A stretch of 61,215 bases of DNA, filler included. It is 9 parts of 9 records of this genome, joined end to end, with 100 filler letters (N's around TTAATTAATTAA, not from the genome) between each part and the next. Parts side by side here need not be neighbours in the genome. Positions count along the whole stretch, not along the records: positions 1 to 7,772 come from SRR31147125_131052; positions 7,873 to 13,018 come from SRR31147125_131088; 7 more parts are not named here. The stretch is one strand, 5' to 3'. Position numbers and translations under genes: made by a program. The notes beneath the pieces were generated by a model, which saw nothing but the letters and a program-made list of their open reading frames with translations, was not told where the DNA came from and searched no databases. The stretch's first letter is position 1. The number at the start of each line of letters is the position of its first letter. Positions 1 to 10,800 of this stretch are shown piece by piece.

Positions 1-29
1 AGATACTCTACCGACTGAGTTAACGACCC
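1..29 (-). tRNA. 5' part of a tRNA, probably tRNA-Lys (truncated by window edge before the anticodon)
   Basis: Reverse complement GGGTCGTTAACTCAGTCGGTAGAGTATCT gives an acceptor-stem strand and D-arm resembling bacterial tRNA-Lys 5' ends. The anticodon is not visible. Confidence 0.75.
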
Positions 30-268
30 TTTGGAACGAAGGCTTATACTATTTTCAGAAATCCGTGTCAATAAATTATTTCCCTATTATCTATCGATTC
101 TTCAGTTTTCTGTCAAGTTTCTCCGTTATACTTTTTACGCAGAGTCCGGCAATTATTGTTGGGCCGGCTCCAATTAATCATTTGTTGCATTATCAGGTCA
201 ATGATATAAAGAGTCTTTGCACGAGGTTGTTATGGATCTGTTTGTAACCCTTTACGCTGAGGTTTGAC

Positions 269-877
269 ATGAGTTTTCTGGGAGGATCGGCCGGGTTTGC
301 CCGCTTTTCAGTGATGGGCGAGTTGCCCGAGAATCCGCTCGACTATATCGGTGACCGGATTCGCGCCTGCGCTTTTGAAGACATAGACGACAATTTTGAA
401 GAGTATTCGATCGGCTGGGTGTCGGTGATGAGCATGTTCGATGCTTCCTTCGAATACGCATCGCACCTCTGTGGAGACTACGTGGTACTCTCCCTGCGTA
501 TGGACGAGCGGAAGGTCTCCCCTTCTATCCTGAAGAAATTTGTTCAGAAGGAAGAGGAGCGGATCAAGAAGGAAAAGCAGATTCCGAAACTGGGCAGAAG
601 TGCGAAGACCGAGATCAAGGAGCGGATCAAGGCCGAATTGACCAGAAAGGCGTTCCCGATACCGGTGGTGTACGATCTCGTATGGAGCCTGGCGGATTCC
701 TCGCTCTACTTCTTTTCGACCAACAAGAAGGCCCAGGCGTTGCTCGAAGATTTCTTCAACGACAGCTTCGGGTTGAACCTGCAGGTGCAGATACCGTACG
801 TAACCGCGGAGAACCTGCTCAATGGTGAGGAGCAGCTTGCCCGGCTGGAGCGCATTGTTCCGGAAATCTTTGTGTGA
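269..877 (+). CDS. rdgC: RdgC-family recombination-associated protein (Desulfobacterota type)
   Basis: 202 aa with SIGWVS, LSLRMDERKV and ELTRKAFP motifs characteristic of RdgC-like proteins. Confidence 0.75.
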   Translation: MSFLGGSAGFARFSVMGELPENPLDYIGDRIRACAFEDIDDNFEEYSIGWVSVMSMFDASFEYASHLCGDYVVLSLRMDERKVSPSILKKFVQKEEERIKKEKQIPKLGRSAKTEIKERIKAELTRKAFPIPVVYDLVWSLADSSLYFFSTNKKAQALLEDFFNDSFGLNLQVQIPYVTAENLLNGEEQLARLERIVPEIFV

Positions 878-916
878 TACCAGGGTACCCACAAATTATT
901 CAGGAGTTGAAACAGT

Positions 917-1471
917 ATGGATCTTGTTGATCTGATAACGGAAAAGAGATTTCTGGGGCAGGAGTTCCTGACCTGGCTCTGGTGGAAGAGCGAAGAGCGC
1001 GGCGGCACCATCGAACTGGAGGGGCAGGGCGACATCGTTGTCGTTTTCGAGAAGCACATGCTGCTTGAATACGGTGAGGCGGATTACAGCGAGCGGCTCG
1101 TTTGTTCCGGCCTGCAGACCGAGCTCAAGGAGGCGCGCACCGGGCTGCGCACGGGCAAGAAGCCGGAACAGGCCCGTCTGCAGATCATCAAGGACGATAT
1201 GGAGTACAACCTGACGCTGGGGGCGACGTTCTTCGAATATCGCAGCGTCAAACTGCCCAAAACCGCGCAGACGGAGGCTGGTGCCGGCGGGTCCGCATCC
1301 GAGGCGGAGACGGAGGGCATGATCCTGGAGCGGATTTTTCTGTTCGAGGAACTGGTTAAGATCATCAACGACCTGTTTCGCATGTTCCTCCAGGTTCGTT
1401 TGTCGTCGGAGTGGCGAGAGGAGCTGGTAAAAATTCGTACCTGGGTACATGTGTCCGCGGACCAGGTCTGA
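917..1471 (+). CDS. RdgC-like protein (second, C-terminal-type part)
   Basis: 184 aa with a conserved FLGQEFLTWLWW motif and EARTGLRTGKK. RBS AGGAG upstream; tandem with rdgC. Confidence 0.65.
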   Translation: MDLVDLITEKRFLGQEFLTWLWWKSEERGGTIELEGQGDIVVVFEKHMLLEYGEADYSERLVCSGLQTELKEARTGLRTGKKPEQARLQIIKDDMEYNLTLGATFFEYRSVKLPKTAQTEAGAGGSASEAETEGMILERIFLFEELVKIINDLFRMFLQVRLSSEWREELVKIRTWVHVSADQV

Positions 1472-1497
1472 AATAGTGACAGAGCTGAGAAGAGATT

Positions 1498-2922
1498 ATG
1501 GAGTTTGAAACTGTAATTGGGCTTGAGATTCACGCCCAGATGAAGACTGATTCGAAAATTTTCTGTGGCTGCTCGACGAAGTTCGGCGCAGCGCCCAACA
1601 GCCATACCTGTCCGGTATGTCTCGGCATGCCGGGCAGCCTGCCGGTGCTGAATAAAAAGGTGGTGGATTTCGCGCTAAAGGTGGGGCTTTCAACCAATAG
1701 CAGGATCAACCGGATCAACCAGTTCGCACGAAAGAACTATTTCTACCCGGACCTGCCGAAAGGTTACCAGACATCGCAGTTCGACCGGCCGATCGTCGAA
1801 GAGGGTTGGATCGACATTGAGGTCGACGGGAAAACGAGGCGTATCGGCATCACCCGGGCTCACATGGAAGAGGATGCCGGCAAGCTCATCCACGATGAGC
1901 GTGAGCCGGTGTCGTATGTCGACCTGAACCGGACCGGCACGCCGCTGCTGGAAATCGTGTCGGAACCCGATCTGAGATCGCCCGAGGAGGCAAGCAGCTA
2001 TCTGAAGAAGATCCACGCGATCCTGCGCTATCTCGACGTGTGCGATGGAAACATGCAGGAAGGCAGCTTTCGCTGCGACGCCAATATATCGCTGCGGCCG
2101 ATCGGACAGGAGGAGTTTGGCACCCGTACCGAGCTGAAGAACATGAACTCCTTTCGCAACGTGCAGGCGGCGCTCGAATACGAGGTGCGGAGGCAGCGGG
2201 ATGTGCTGCTCGAGGGTGACGAGGTTATCCAGCAGACCCTGCTGTGGAATCCGGATACCGGCAAGACCGAGCCGATGCGCGGCAAGGAAGATGCCCATGA
2301 CTACCGCTATTTCCCGTGCCCCGACCTGATTCCGGTGGAGATCAACGACGAGTGGATCGAAACGGTCCGGGAATCGCTTCCGGAACTGCCGGACCAGAAA
2401 CGGAAACGTTTCATCGATGATTTCGAGCTGCCGGAGTACGATGCGGTGATCCTCACGGAATCAAAAGAGCTGGCGGACTATTTCGAGGCAGCGGTCGCCG
2501 TCTTTGATGCGCCGAAAAAGGTGTCCAACTGGATGATGACCGAGTTGCTGCGCGAACTCAAGGGCGCCGACATCAGTGACTGCAGGGTGCGACCGGAGCA
2601 GTTGGGAAGCCTGCTCACAATGGTTGAGGCGGGGACCATCAGCGGCAAGATCGCGAAGACGGTTTTCAGCGATATGCTGGAAAGTGGCAAGGACCCGGAG
2701 CAGATCGTCAAGGAGAAAAACCTGGTGCAGGTGTCCGACGAGTCGGAGTTGCTGGCGCTGGTCAGGGAGATTATCGAGGCCAACCCGAGCCAGGCCGACG
2801 AATTTCGCGGCGGCAAGGCGAAGGTGATGGGATTCTTCATCGGCCAGCTTATGCAGAAGACGAAAGGCAAGGCCAACCCGAAACTGGCCAACAAACTGTT
2901 CAGCCAGGAGCTGTCCGGATAG
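1498..2922 (+). CDS. gatB: Asp-tRNA(Asn)/Glu-tRNA(Gln) amidotransferase subunit B
   Basis: [33 protein letters not shown] and DYRYFP motifs; 474 aa. Confidence 0.98.
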   Translation: MEFETVIGLEIHAQMKTDSKIFCGCSTKFGAAPNSHTCPVCLGMPGSLPVLNKKVVDFALKVGLSTNSRINRINQFARKNYFYPDLPKGYQTSQFDRPIVEEGWIDIEVDGKTRRIGITRAHMEEDAGKLIHDEREPVSYVDLNRTGTPLLEIVSEPDLRSPEEASSYLKKIHAILRYLDVCDGNMQEGSFRCDANISLRPIGQEEFGTRTELKNMNSFRNVQAALEYEVRRQRDVLLEGDEVIQQTLLWNPDTGKTEPMRGKEDAHDYRYFPCPDLIPVEINDEWIETVRESLPELPDQKRKRFIDDFELPEYDAVILTESKELADYFEAAVAVFDAPKKVSNWMMTELLRELKGADISDCRVRPEQLGSLLTMVEAGTISGKIAKTVFSDMLESGKDPEQIVKEKNLVQVSDESELLALVREIIEANPSQADEFRGGKAKVMGFFIGQLMQKTKGKANPKLANKLFSQELSG

Positions 2923-2942
2923 CGTTTCCGGACCGGGACCCG

Positions 2943-3683
2943 ATGGACAGGGAACGGTGGCAGCAGAAGGGGGCCGGGCACCGGCAGCGGCTTCGGCAAC
3001 GGTTCCTTGATTACGGCATCGCCGGCTTCAGCGACGCCGAGGTGCTCGAACTGCTGCTCTCGTTCGGAACGCCGCGAACAGACTGCAAAGAGCCTGCGCG
3101 GGCACTGCTGAAAGAGTTCAGAACCTTTGCCGGGGTGCTCGACGCCGACCCCGTACAACTGCTCGACGTCAAAGGGGTTGGACTGAAGAACGGCTTCGCG
3201 CTGGGATTCGTGAAGGCGGCAGCAGACAGATACCTGGAGCAGCGGCTTACCGGTCGCCACTACCTGAAGTCGTCTGCGGAGGTGCTCGACTATCTGCTCT
3301 ATTCGATGAAAGGGCTCGACGTTGAGGTCTTTACCGCAATTTATCTCGATTCGTCCCTGGCTATCATCGATTCGGAGGTGGTCGCCGAGGGGACCGTCAA
3401 CGTCAACAGTGTCTATCCCCGGGAGATCATCAAAAAAGCCCTGAGCCGCAACGCTGCGGCCCTGATAGTCGCCCACAATCATCCGTCCGGATCGCTCTCT
3501 CCGTCTGCGCAGGATCGTCAGCTTACCAGGACGCTGTTCCTGGCCTGTTCGATGATGCAGATCCGGCTCCTCGACCACCTGATAATCGGCGACGGGCACT
3601 ACTCCTTCGCCGACAACGGGCTGATGGCCGATGCGGCGTCCTGGTGCGCATCCGTCTGCCAGTCAGATTCCTCGATTTCCTGA
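2943..3683 (+). CDS. radC: RadC-family (UPF0758) JAB-domain protein
   Basis: GHRQRLR N-terminus, AHNHPSG...S..D JAMM motif, LLDHLIIG. Confidence 0.95.
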   Translation: MDRERWQQKGAGHRQRLRQRFLDYGIAGFSDAEVLELLLSFGTPRTDCKEPARALLKEFRTFAGVLDADPVQLLDVKGVGLKNGFALGFVKAAADRYLEQRLTGRHYLKSSAEVLDYLLYSMKGLDVEVFTAIYLDSSLAIIDSEVVAEGTVNVNSVYPREIIKKALSRNAAALIVAHNHPSGSLSPSAQDRQLTRTLFLACSMMQIRLLDHLIIGDGHYSFADNGLMADAASWCASVCQSDSSIS

Positions 3684-3688
3684 TTCGC

Positions 3689-4833
3689 GTGAATTCCATA
3701 TATATCCATATTCCGTTCTGTCGATCGAAATGCGGATATTGCTCGTTTGCATCGTGGCCGGGGCTCGAATCGCTCCATGGTCGATACCTCGCCTCTCTTT
3801 GTACGGAGATTGAGCGGTACGCACAGTATCGAAGCAGCCTGCAGTATCGAAGCAGCCACATGGTCGATACCGTTTTCTTTGGTGGAGGCACCCCGACCGT
3901 GATGTCTCCGGAGCAGCTGAGCTCGGTCCTCCGTTGCTGCCGGGAGTGCTTTACCATAAGCGATGATGCGGAGATCAGCCTGGAGGCCAATCCGGATACG
4001 GTCAGCGAGGAAAGGCTGCGACAGCTTAGGACTGCGGGGTTCAACCGCATTTCATTTGGTGTTCAATCTTTCAACGATGAAGAACTGCAGCGACTCGGGA
4101 GAATTCACAACGGTGGGCGGGCGGAGCGGGCTGTGCACGATGCGCGCAGGGCGGGGTTTTCCAACCTGAGCCTCGATCTGATGTACGGCCTTCCGGGGCA
4201 GACGCCCGCATCCTGGCTCAAGACCCTGGAGCGGGCGCTGTCGCTCGAGCCAAACCATTTCTCCGCCTACCAGCTTACCATTGAGGAGAACACCGTATTT
4301 GCGGAACGGATGGGCAGGGGGAGCTGAGTCTCCCTGCGGAAGAGGCGGTGCTGGAGATGGATGGGATAACTACACGGCTGAGCAGGAGCACCGGGTTCGA
4401 GCACTACGAAATATCCAATTACGCCAGGCCGGGGTGTCGGTGCCGCCATAATCTCGTGTACTGGCACAACGACGAGTATTTCGGCTTCGGTGCCGGTGCA
4501 GTAGGCTTTCTGGACGGGGTTCGGGCCGGGCGGGTTGAAGACCCCGCACACTATTGTGACCTTGTTGAGTCTGGCGGTGACCCCGTTACAACGGACGAGC
4601 GGCTCTCGCGAATTGACTCGTTCAGGGAGACGGTGGTCATGGGACTGCGCCTGGTTGAGGGAATATCCGAAGAGCGGCTGAAGCGGCGGTACGGGCAGGG
4701 GTTCACCGAGGTGTACGGGGCACTAATCGATGCACTGGCAGGGGAGGGGCTGGTCTGTTTCGAAAAGGGCTGGCTGCGACTTACCGGGCGAGGCAGATTG
4801 CTGGCCAACACGGTGATGTCCGAGCTTGTCTGA
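3689..4833 (+). CDS. hemW: Radical SAM heme chaperone HemW (one frameshift near 4317-4321)
   Basis: IYIHIPFCRSKCGYCSF (CxxxCxxC), FFGGGTPT, DLMYGLPGQT, then YEISNYA and HNLVYW in the next frame after a G-run. GTG start at 3689. Confidence 0.9.
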
Positions 4834-4844
4834 TGAGACCCTGC

Positions 4845-5626
4845 TCAGGCTGGGGAACGGTGCCGTTGATACAGTTCGATCGCTGAAAAATTGAGCGTGG
4901 CGTGGACGGTGAACAACGGAAAGATCAGCGCGAGCAGGAACATGTTCAATACCGGTATCATCGTGATTGCCGCAGGAACCAGGCCGAGCCGCAGCGTCTG
5001 CTCATTGTTATGCCGGAGCCAGGAGAGTTTGCGACCGAGGCCCCAGCGCCTCCGGGAAGCGGGGTAGTCCACGAACATCAGGGCCGAGTAGTAGGTGTAG
5101 AGTAGGAAAACGGCTATCTGGCCGATGATCGGAATGAATCCGACGAACAGGGCTACAACGGTGATGAAGATACCGAAAACGGCCACCTTGAACCCTTCGA
5201 ACAGGTCCGTGAGAATGCCTGTCACGCTGAACCCATCGTCTGCTTCGAAGTCGCCGCCCCAGTAGATTTTTTCCGCGCTGACGCTGAGGAATCCGTAAAA
5301 CGGGGTGGTGAGGGTGTAGGCGATCAGGAAGGCGAGGAAAAAGATATCAGTCTCGATATGAGTACATACAGATATTTGGCGACCACCCAGCCGCTGTAGG
5401 TGATCCATCCCAGCCAGCTGTGACGCTCGGGTGCGGATGTGAAAAACGAGGAGGTGAGCGTGTCGATCAGGTCAGTGGTAAGGAGGAATCCGACCCAGGT
5501 CAGCACGATGGTGAGCAGGACCAGTATGGTGGACCAGCCCAGAAGACTTCTCTTACCGACCAGAAAGGACAGGGAGGTTGAAAGTGATATTGCCGGGGGA
5601 GACGGTTGCTGACGGTCGGTATGCAT
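4845..5626 (-). CDS. EI24/CysZ-like membrane protein (frameshifted)
   Basis: Two overlapping hydrophobic ORFs (5324-5626, 4845-5408) join into a CysZ/EI24-like protein with TPFYGFLS and FVDYPASRR motifs. Confidence 0.7.
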
Positions 5627-5758
5627 CTGCTTCTGGAATGGTTATATATAAGGTTGGAATCTCATAACAAGTTCAGGTACCGTTAGTACTGTTGCTTACG
5701 ATAGGCATACATCCGGCGGAGTAAAGGGAGCGGCGGGATTTTCAGCCCGCTGGAACTC

Positions 5759-7114
5759 GTGGGGAAAAAAACCGATAAGAATATCCAGTTCGTCTGCAGT
5801 GAATGCGGATTCGCGAGTGTGAAGTGGCTTGGCCGCTGCCCGGATTGCGGCCGCTGGGACAGTCTGAATGAACAGCGGGTGAGCGGAACAAAGGGGAAGA
5901 AAAGCAGTGCGTTTGTCGCCCCGAAACCGCTTATCGGACAAATCGATGATGAGCCGGTTCGTTCGGTTACGGGGATAGAGGAGCTGGACCGGGTTCTCGG
6001 GGGTGGGGTTGTCCCGGGAGGGGTGATCCTGATCGGGGGAGATCCGGGCATCGGCAAATCGACCCTGCTGCTGCACCTGCTGTCGGCGCTGGCGGAGCAG
6101 AGTCTGTCGGTACTCTACGTGTCCGGGGAGGAGTCGGCCCACCAGATCGGTATTCGGGCGCGTCGCCTATCGGCGATGAACGAAAACCTCTACCTGGCCA
6201 CGGAAAGCTCGGTCGAAGCGATTATCGGGATGGCGCGGGAGATGAAACCGGCCCTGCTGGCGGTGGACTCGATCCAGACCCTGACCTCGGCAGACCACCC
6301 GTCGGCGGCGGGGTCGATTACCCAGGTACGTGAGTCGTCGGCGCAGCTCGTCGACCTTGCGAAGCAGGAAGATATTCCGGTGGTGCTGGTTGGCCACGTG
6401 ACAAAAGACGGCAACCTGGCCGGGCCCCGCATGCTGGAGCATATGGTCGATACGGTGCTCTACTTTGAAGGGGACCGGAATCATGTGTTCAGGATCCTGA
6501 GGACGGTCAAGAACCGCTTCGGCTCAACCAATGAAATCGGGGTGTTCGAGATGAAACAGGAGGGGCTCGTGCAGGTATCTAACCCCTCCGAACTCTTCCT
6601 CTCGGAGCGTCCTCTGGACGTATCCGGTTCGGTGGTGCTGGCATCGATGGAGGGGACCAGGCCGATTCTGGTCGAGGTGCAGGCACTGGTCAGTCCGACG
6701 AACCTGGGTACGGCGCGACGGACGGCAATCGGCGCCGATCAGCAGCGGCTGTCATTGCTCTGCGCCATTCTCGAGAAAAAAGCGGGATTCGATCTGTACG
6801 GGCACGACATTTTTCTCAACATCGCCGGCGGAATCAGGATCGATGAACCGGCGCTTGATCTGGCAGTCATGTGTGCGCTGGCGTCATCGATGCGCGAGCA
6901 ACCTGTCGAGCCGGACACTGTTGTCTGCGGCGAAGTCGGGCTGGCCGGTGAAATACGGGCGGTCGACAATATCGAGCTGCGTATCCGCGAGGTCGAACGC
7001 CTCGGATTTTCACGATTGATCTTACCGAAATCGAACTATGACCGGTTCGGCTCGGAAACCTCACTCGTACTGGCGGGAGCTGCAACCATCCAGGAATTTC
7101 TCGAACTGTTGTGA
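5759..7114 (+). CDS. radA: DNA repair protein RadA/Sms
   Basis: Zn finger CSECG..WLGRCPDCG, Walker A GDPGIGKST, KNRFG motif. Confidence 0.98.
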   Translation: MGKKTDKNIQFVCSECGFASVKWLGRCPDCGRWDSLNEQRVSGTKGKKSSAFVAPKPLIGQIDDEPVRSVTGIEELDRVLGGGVVPGGVILIGGDPGIGKSTLLLHLLSALAEQSLSVLYVSGEESAHQIGIRARRLSAMNENLYLATESSVEAIIGMAREMKPALLAVDSIQTLTSADHPSAAGSITQVRESSAQLVDLAKQEDIPVVLVGHVTKDGNLAGPRMLEHMVDTVLYFEGDRNHVFRILRTVKNRFGSTNEIGVFEMKQEGLVQVSNPSELFLSERPLDVSGSVVLASMEGTRPILVEVQALVSPTNLGTARRTAIGADQQRLSLLCAILEKKAGFDLYGHDIFLNIAGGIRIDEPALDLAVMCALASSMREQPVEPDTVVCGEVGLAGEIRAVDNIELRIREVERLGFSRLILPKSNYDRFGSETSLVLAGAATIQEFLELL

Positions 7115-7140
7115 ACCCACACATAGAAAAAGGAGGGAAT

Positions 7141-7772
7141 ATGGACTTCAAGGATCTGGTTGTTACGAGTTGGCAGAGAATGATAAACAACATCGGACCG
7201 GTACTGCTGATCACCTTTGCGCAGTTGGTCCTCATCATCATCACCCTGGGCATCCTTGCTCCGGTAACCACCGCCGGGTATGTGAATTCGCTGATGCGGC
7301 TGGTGCGGGAGGAGCGGCAGCCGGCTATCGGAGATCTGTTCTCCCATATGCGGCTGTTTCTGCCGTTGTTTCTCTTTGGCCTTCTGGCGGTGATCGCGAT
7401 CGGCATCGGCTTCATGTTTCTCGTTCTGCCCGGGTTTGCGGCAATCGCCTTTATCGCATTTGCCGCGTTTTACCTGATTCCGTACATGGTTGACGAGGAA
7501 CTTGGCCTGATTGACGGCCTGAAGGCATCCTGGGATCTGGCTGTCAAGCAGCCCGTCAGCGATCAGTTCATCGTTGTGATTATCTACGTGGTGATCATGT
7601 CGCTCGGTTCATCACTTCCGTTCGCGTTTCTCATCACCCAGCCGATGGCCACCCTGATCATGATTACCGCCTACCTGCAGCGGACCGGAAAGAGCCGTGA
7701 GGAGCGTGCTTCTGCAGAGCCTGCTTCATCAACCGGTCCGACCGGGCAGGAATCCGAGGCAGCTGAGGAGTC
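7141..7772 (+). CDS. Integral membrane protein, 3' truncated
   Basis: AGGAGG RBS before ATG 7141; several hydrophobic segments; runs into the spacer. Confidence 0.75.
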
Positions 7773-7872
7773 NNNNNNNNNNNNNNNNNNNNNNNNNNNN
7801 NNNNNNNNNNNNNNNNTTAATTAATTAANNNNNNNNNNNNNNNNNNNNNNNNNNNNNNNNNNNNNNNNNNNN
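7773..7872. other. Artificial contig spacer
   Basis: 44 N + TTAATTAATTAA (stops in all six frames) + 44 N. Confidence 0.99.
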
Positions 7873-10800
7873 GACAGTGCTCCTTTCTAATACTAATGGA
7901 ATTACGAACGGGGCGTCCACCCAACCTCGCATCCACGCGATCCGGAGGATTGTCGTTGTCTGGTTCTTCTGCAATCACTCCAAGGTCGTGCTGTCCCCGG
8001 AGGAGGTCAGTTCAAAGCAATCAAAACACAACGAGCCACAAACTTGCAAGGATCCTCGACTCCTCCTTATGTCTGAATGGGTTGCAATGTTTGTATTATC
8101 AGGGAGCCGTGGGGGATGGAATAAGGCGTACCGGTCTTGGATTGTGCGAGTCGAGTCTTGTCCGCAGATGGGGGAATTGGAAGGGGGATATCTAGGTGTT
8201 ACATACGGTCGGTCTTTCAGAAAGGGCGGTCTCCCTCTTCTGGCGCAAACCTCATTTCCTATCTCTTCCATCTCGCGTTCCATGATACCAATAAGTGAAT
8301 CGAGACGTGACACTTCTGATTCCAATCGTTCCTTCTCCCTGAAAACGAAATTCAAGTATGAACAAAGGACAACAGAGATGAGGAGCGCACTGTTCTGATC
8401 CGTCAAGAACAGCAGTAAGTTCGCCATTCTCCTTGGTCAGTCGTTCCACCTCCTACACAAAGGAAGATGAGAAAGGCAACCGTCCCTTTCGTATATCACG
8501 TGTCATACTTGTTGCAGTGTCACGATTTGCAAGGCCCGTTGTGAATCGGGTTCCCGTTTCTCCGCAGCCTCCGCAGCGTCCTATATCCATATTGTTTGAA
8601 ACACAGCAAGGGAAGGGGAAAACGTACCTCTTGGCGCTCGTGAAGAATATCCAACTCAACTTGAAGCACATCTCGCTCACTTTCGCAATCATGGGTCAAC
8701 GCTCAAAGGAGTGCCCACTTCTACGTCACACGTACTACGACATCTGCTTCATAGAACTCATCATCTCCGCCCTCTCTCGGGTGTGAGCTTCAGCTTCTCG
8801 TGCCTAGCCCCTCGTTCAGCCACCGTATGCAACCATCCACGTTCTGGCCTACCTTCTCGGTCTTCAGAGTCTGGACCTGCTGACGCAGATCGGCAAGTTG
8901 CGAGAGCTGACCCTACAAAATTGAGGTGAGGCATTGGCAAACATTCGACAACCGGCCGCCAACCTGCAGACGCTCGCGTTCTCCCGCAAGCTCCTCCAGT
9001 TTGCCCTTCAAATCCTCCTTGTCCATTCGGGCCGCTGACAGGTAAACGCCTCAGATTCAATAATATCAAGGGTGTGTTGCACCTTCCATCACTTCCTTCT
9101 CGGCACGAAGCCGCGCGATCAAGAACTGGGCAGATTCGAGCTCCGTCTGCAATCCCACGTCGTTGTTACCATGCGAAAATGGAAAAAATGCAAAAGGAGT
9201 GTCCCCACAACCTCAAGTTTCTTCATCTTCGCCGTCTTTGCTGCCATGTTCCCGTACTGCTCGCCCTTCCCCGCCAAAAGGGAGGACAATTCTGCATTCA
9301 TCTCTTCCAAACGCTTTGTCTACTAGAAGTCAGTGGGGACGTACGGGCCTACACACACACACACCTGACCCGCGTTCTCGTCAAGCTGTTGCATGAGCGA
9401 GGCGATTTTGCGCGCAAGAGTTGACGCATCAGCACCCGATGTACCCATTTGTGCTTCCTGCATGTGATACCACAACAGGGTCACTTCAATCATCCAGTTT
9501 TCTTCTTGTCAACGCACCACAGCATGGAATTGATCCAAAGCTTGCTTGATCTCACCCTTTTCCTTTTGTAGAACAAGCGCTTCATCTCTAGCCTATGAAA
9601 CATAAAAACATGAGAGACAGAAGCAACCCCAATCCGAACCGACCTTTTTCAGGCGACTCTCAAGGTTGTCCCGCTCCTGACGCAGCCGTGAGATTTGGGT
9701 TTGTTGTTCTCTCACCTGGAGAATTATGAGTGAGCAAGCAAAGAAGGCATGGCAAATGCAACGTACCACTTCTTGGGTTGGGCCATCCGCTGCTGTCATA
9801 CGAAGCTGCACGCAGAGTTACACCAGCCTCATGCAACACATAGAGCCTCCCACCTGGTTTATGGTTTCCTCTAACGCCCGTTTCTCGGCTTTTGTGCGGT
9901 CAAGAGCCATTGAATCACTCTCCAAACGAGAAATCTAGTTCGTTGGACGGTTATGGGGGAAGGAGTCTCCCCGGCCCCTCATGACATGACATACCTTGTG
10001 ACGCATTTCCTCAAGAACGGCACGGTATCCCGTATTGTGCTTTCGAATCTGTGCATTGTCCTCCGTTAACCGACGGATCCTATTGTCCCCCGGCCCGGTG
10101 TCAACAACTGTTAGATGTGTCGATGCAAAACGGGCAAACCTGTCATTGAGCTCAGCTTTCTCCGTGGTCACTTGTTCCATCTTCGTGTACAGTTCTCCGC
10201 GTGCCTCATAGTTCTCTTCCATGCGTTTCACCTATGGCACGTGCATGAGTCGTCCGTCTGTCTGCACACCGCCTCCTCCTCCCCCATCTACCTTCTCTTG
10301 AAGTTTCTGGATCTCGTTCTCGCGACGTCCTTGGTAGTCTGCGTGCATTTGCATGGCTTGAACCTTGTCTTGCTTGAGGGTATCTACTGCCTCATTTAAC
10401 TGATTCAATTCGTCGTTACGCTGCTTGAGGAGAGTCTGGAGGGCGAGTGAATAGATCCAGAAGAAGATGTGCTATTATCGGACCTCGAGGCGTGTATTTC
10501 GCCAGCGAGTAGCTGTCATCTGTTCTGCCAGGGACATATAGTTATCGCGTTCTGACTTGACCTAGGTGCGCATGAGGCTTCCCACCCCACCAAGGACAGG
10601 ACTCACAAGACGGAGTTCTTTCTCGAGCTGCTTCTTCTCGGCCTTGAGGCCCTGAGATGCCACAAGAGCATCATCTCGCTCCGTGGTGAGTTGAGAAAGA
10701 TTTTGTTTGGACTCGTCTGTCAGTGCCTCCAACACCTGACGGAGGGATGCATTGGAAACAGCAGAGACGCCCGGCAACATACGACATACTTCAGCAAGTG

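Noticed and set aside
4322-4350. TGA read-through (selenocysteine) in hemW or at the NicO break (27943-27945)
   Set aside because: The downstream homologous sequence is in a different frame, so these are frameshifts rather than in-frame TGA codons.
8184-8191. Second ATATCCCC motif on the minus strand as another U12 donor
   Set aside because: It directly follows a probable AG acceptor, and I found no downstream TCCTTAAC branch site with an AC end.
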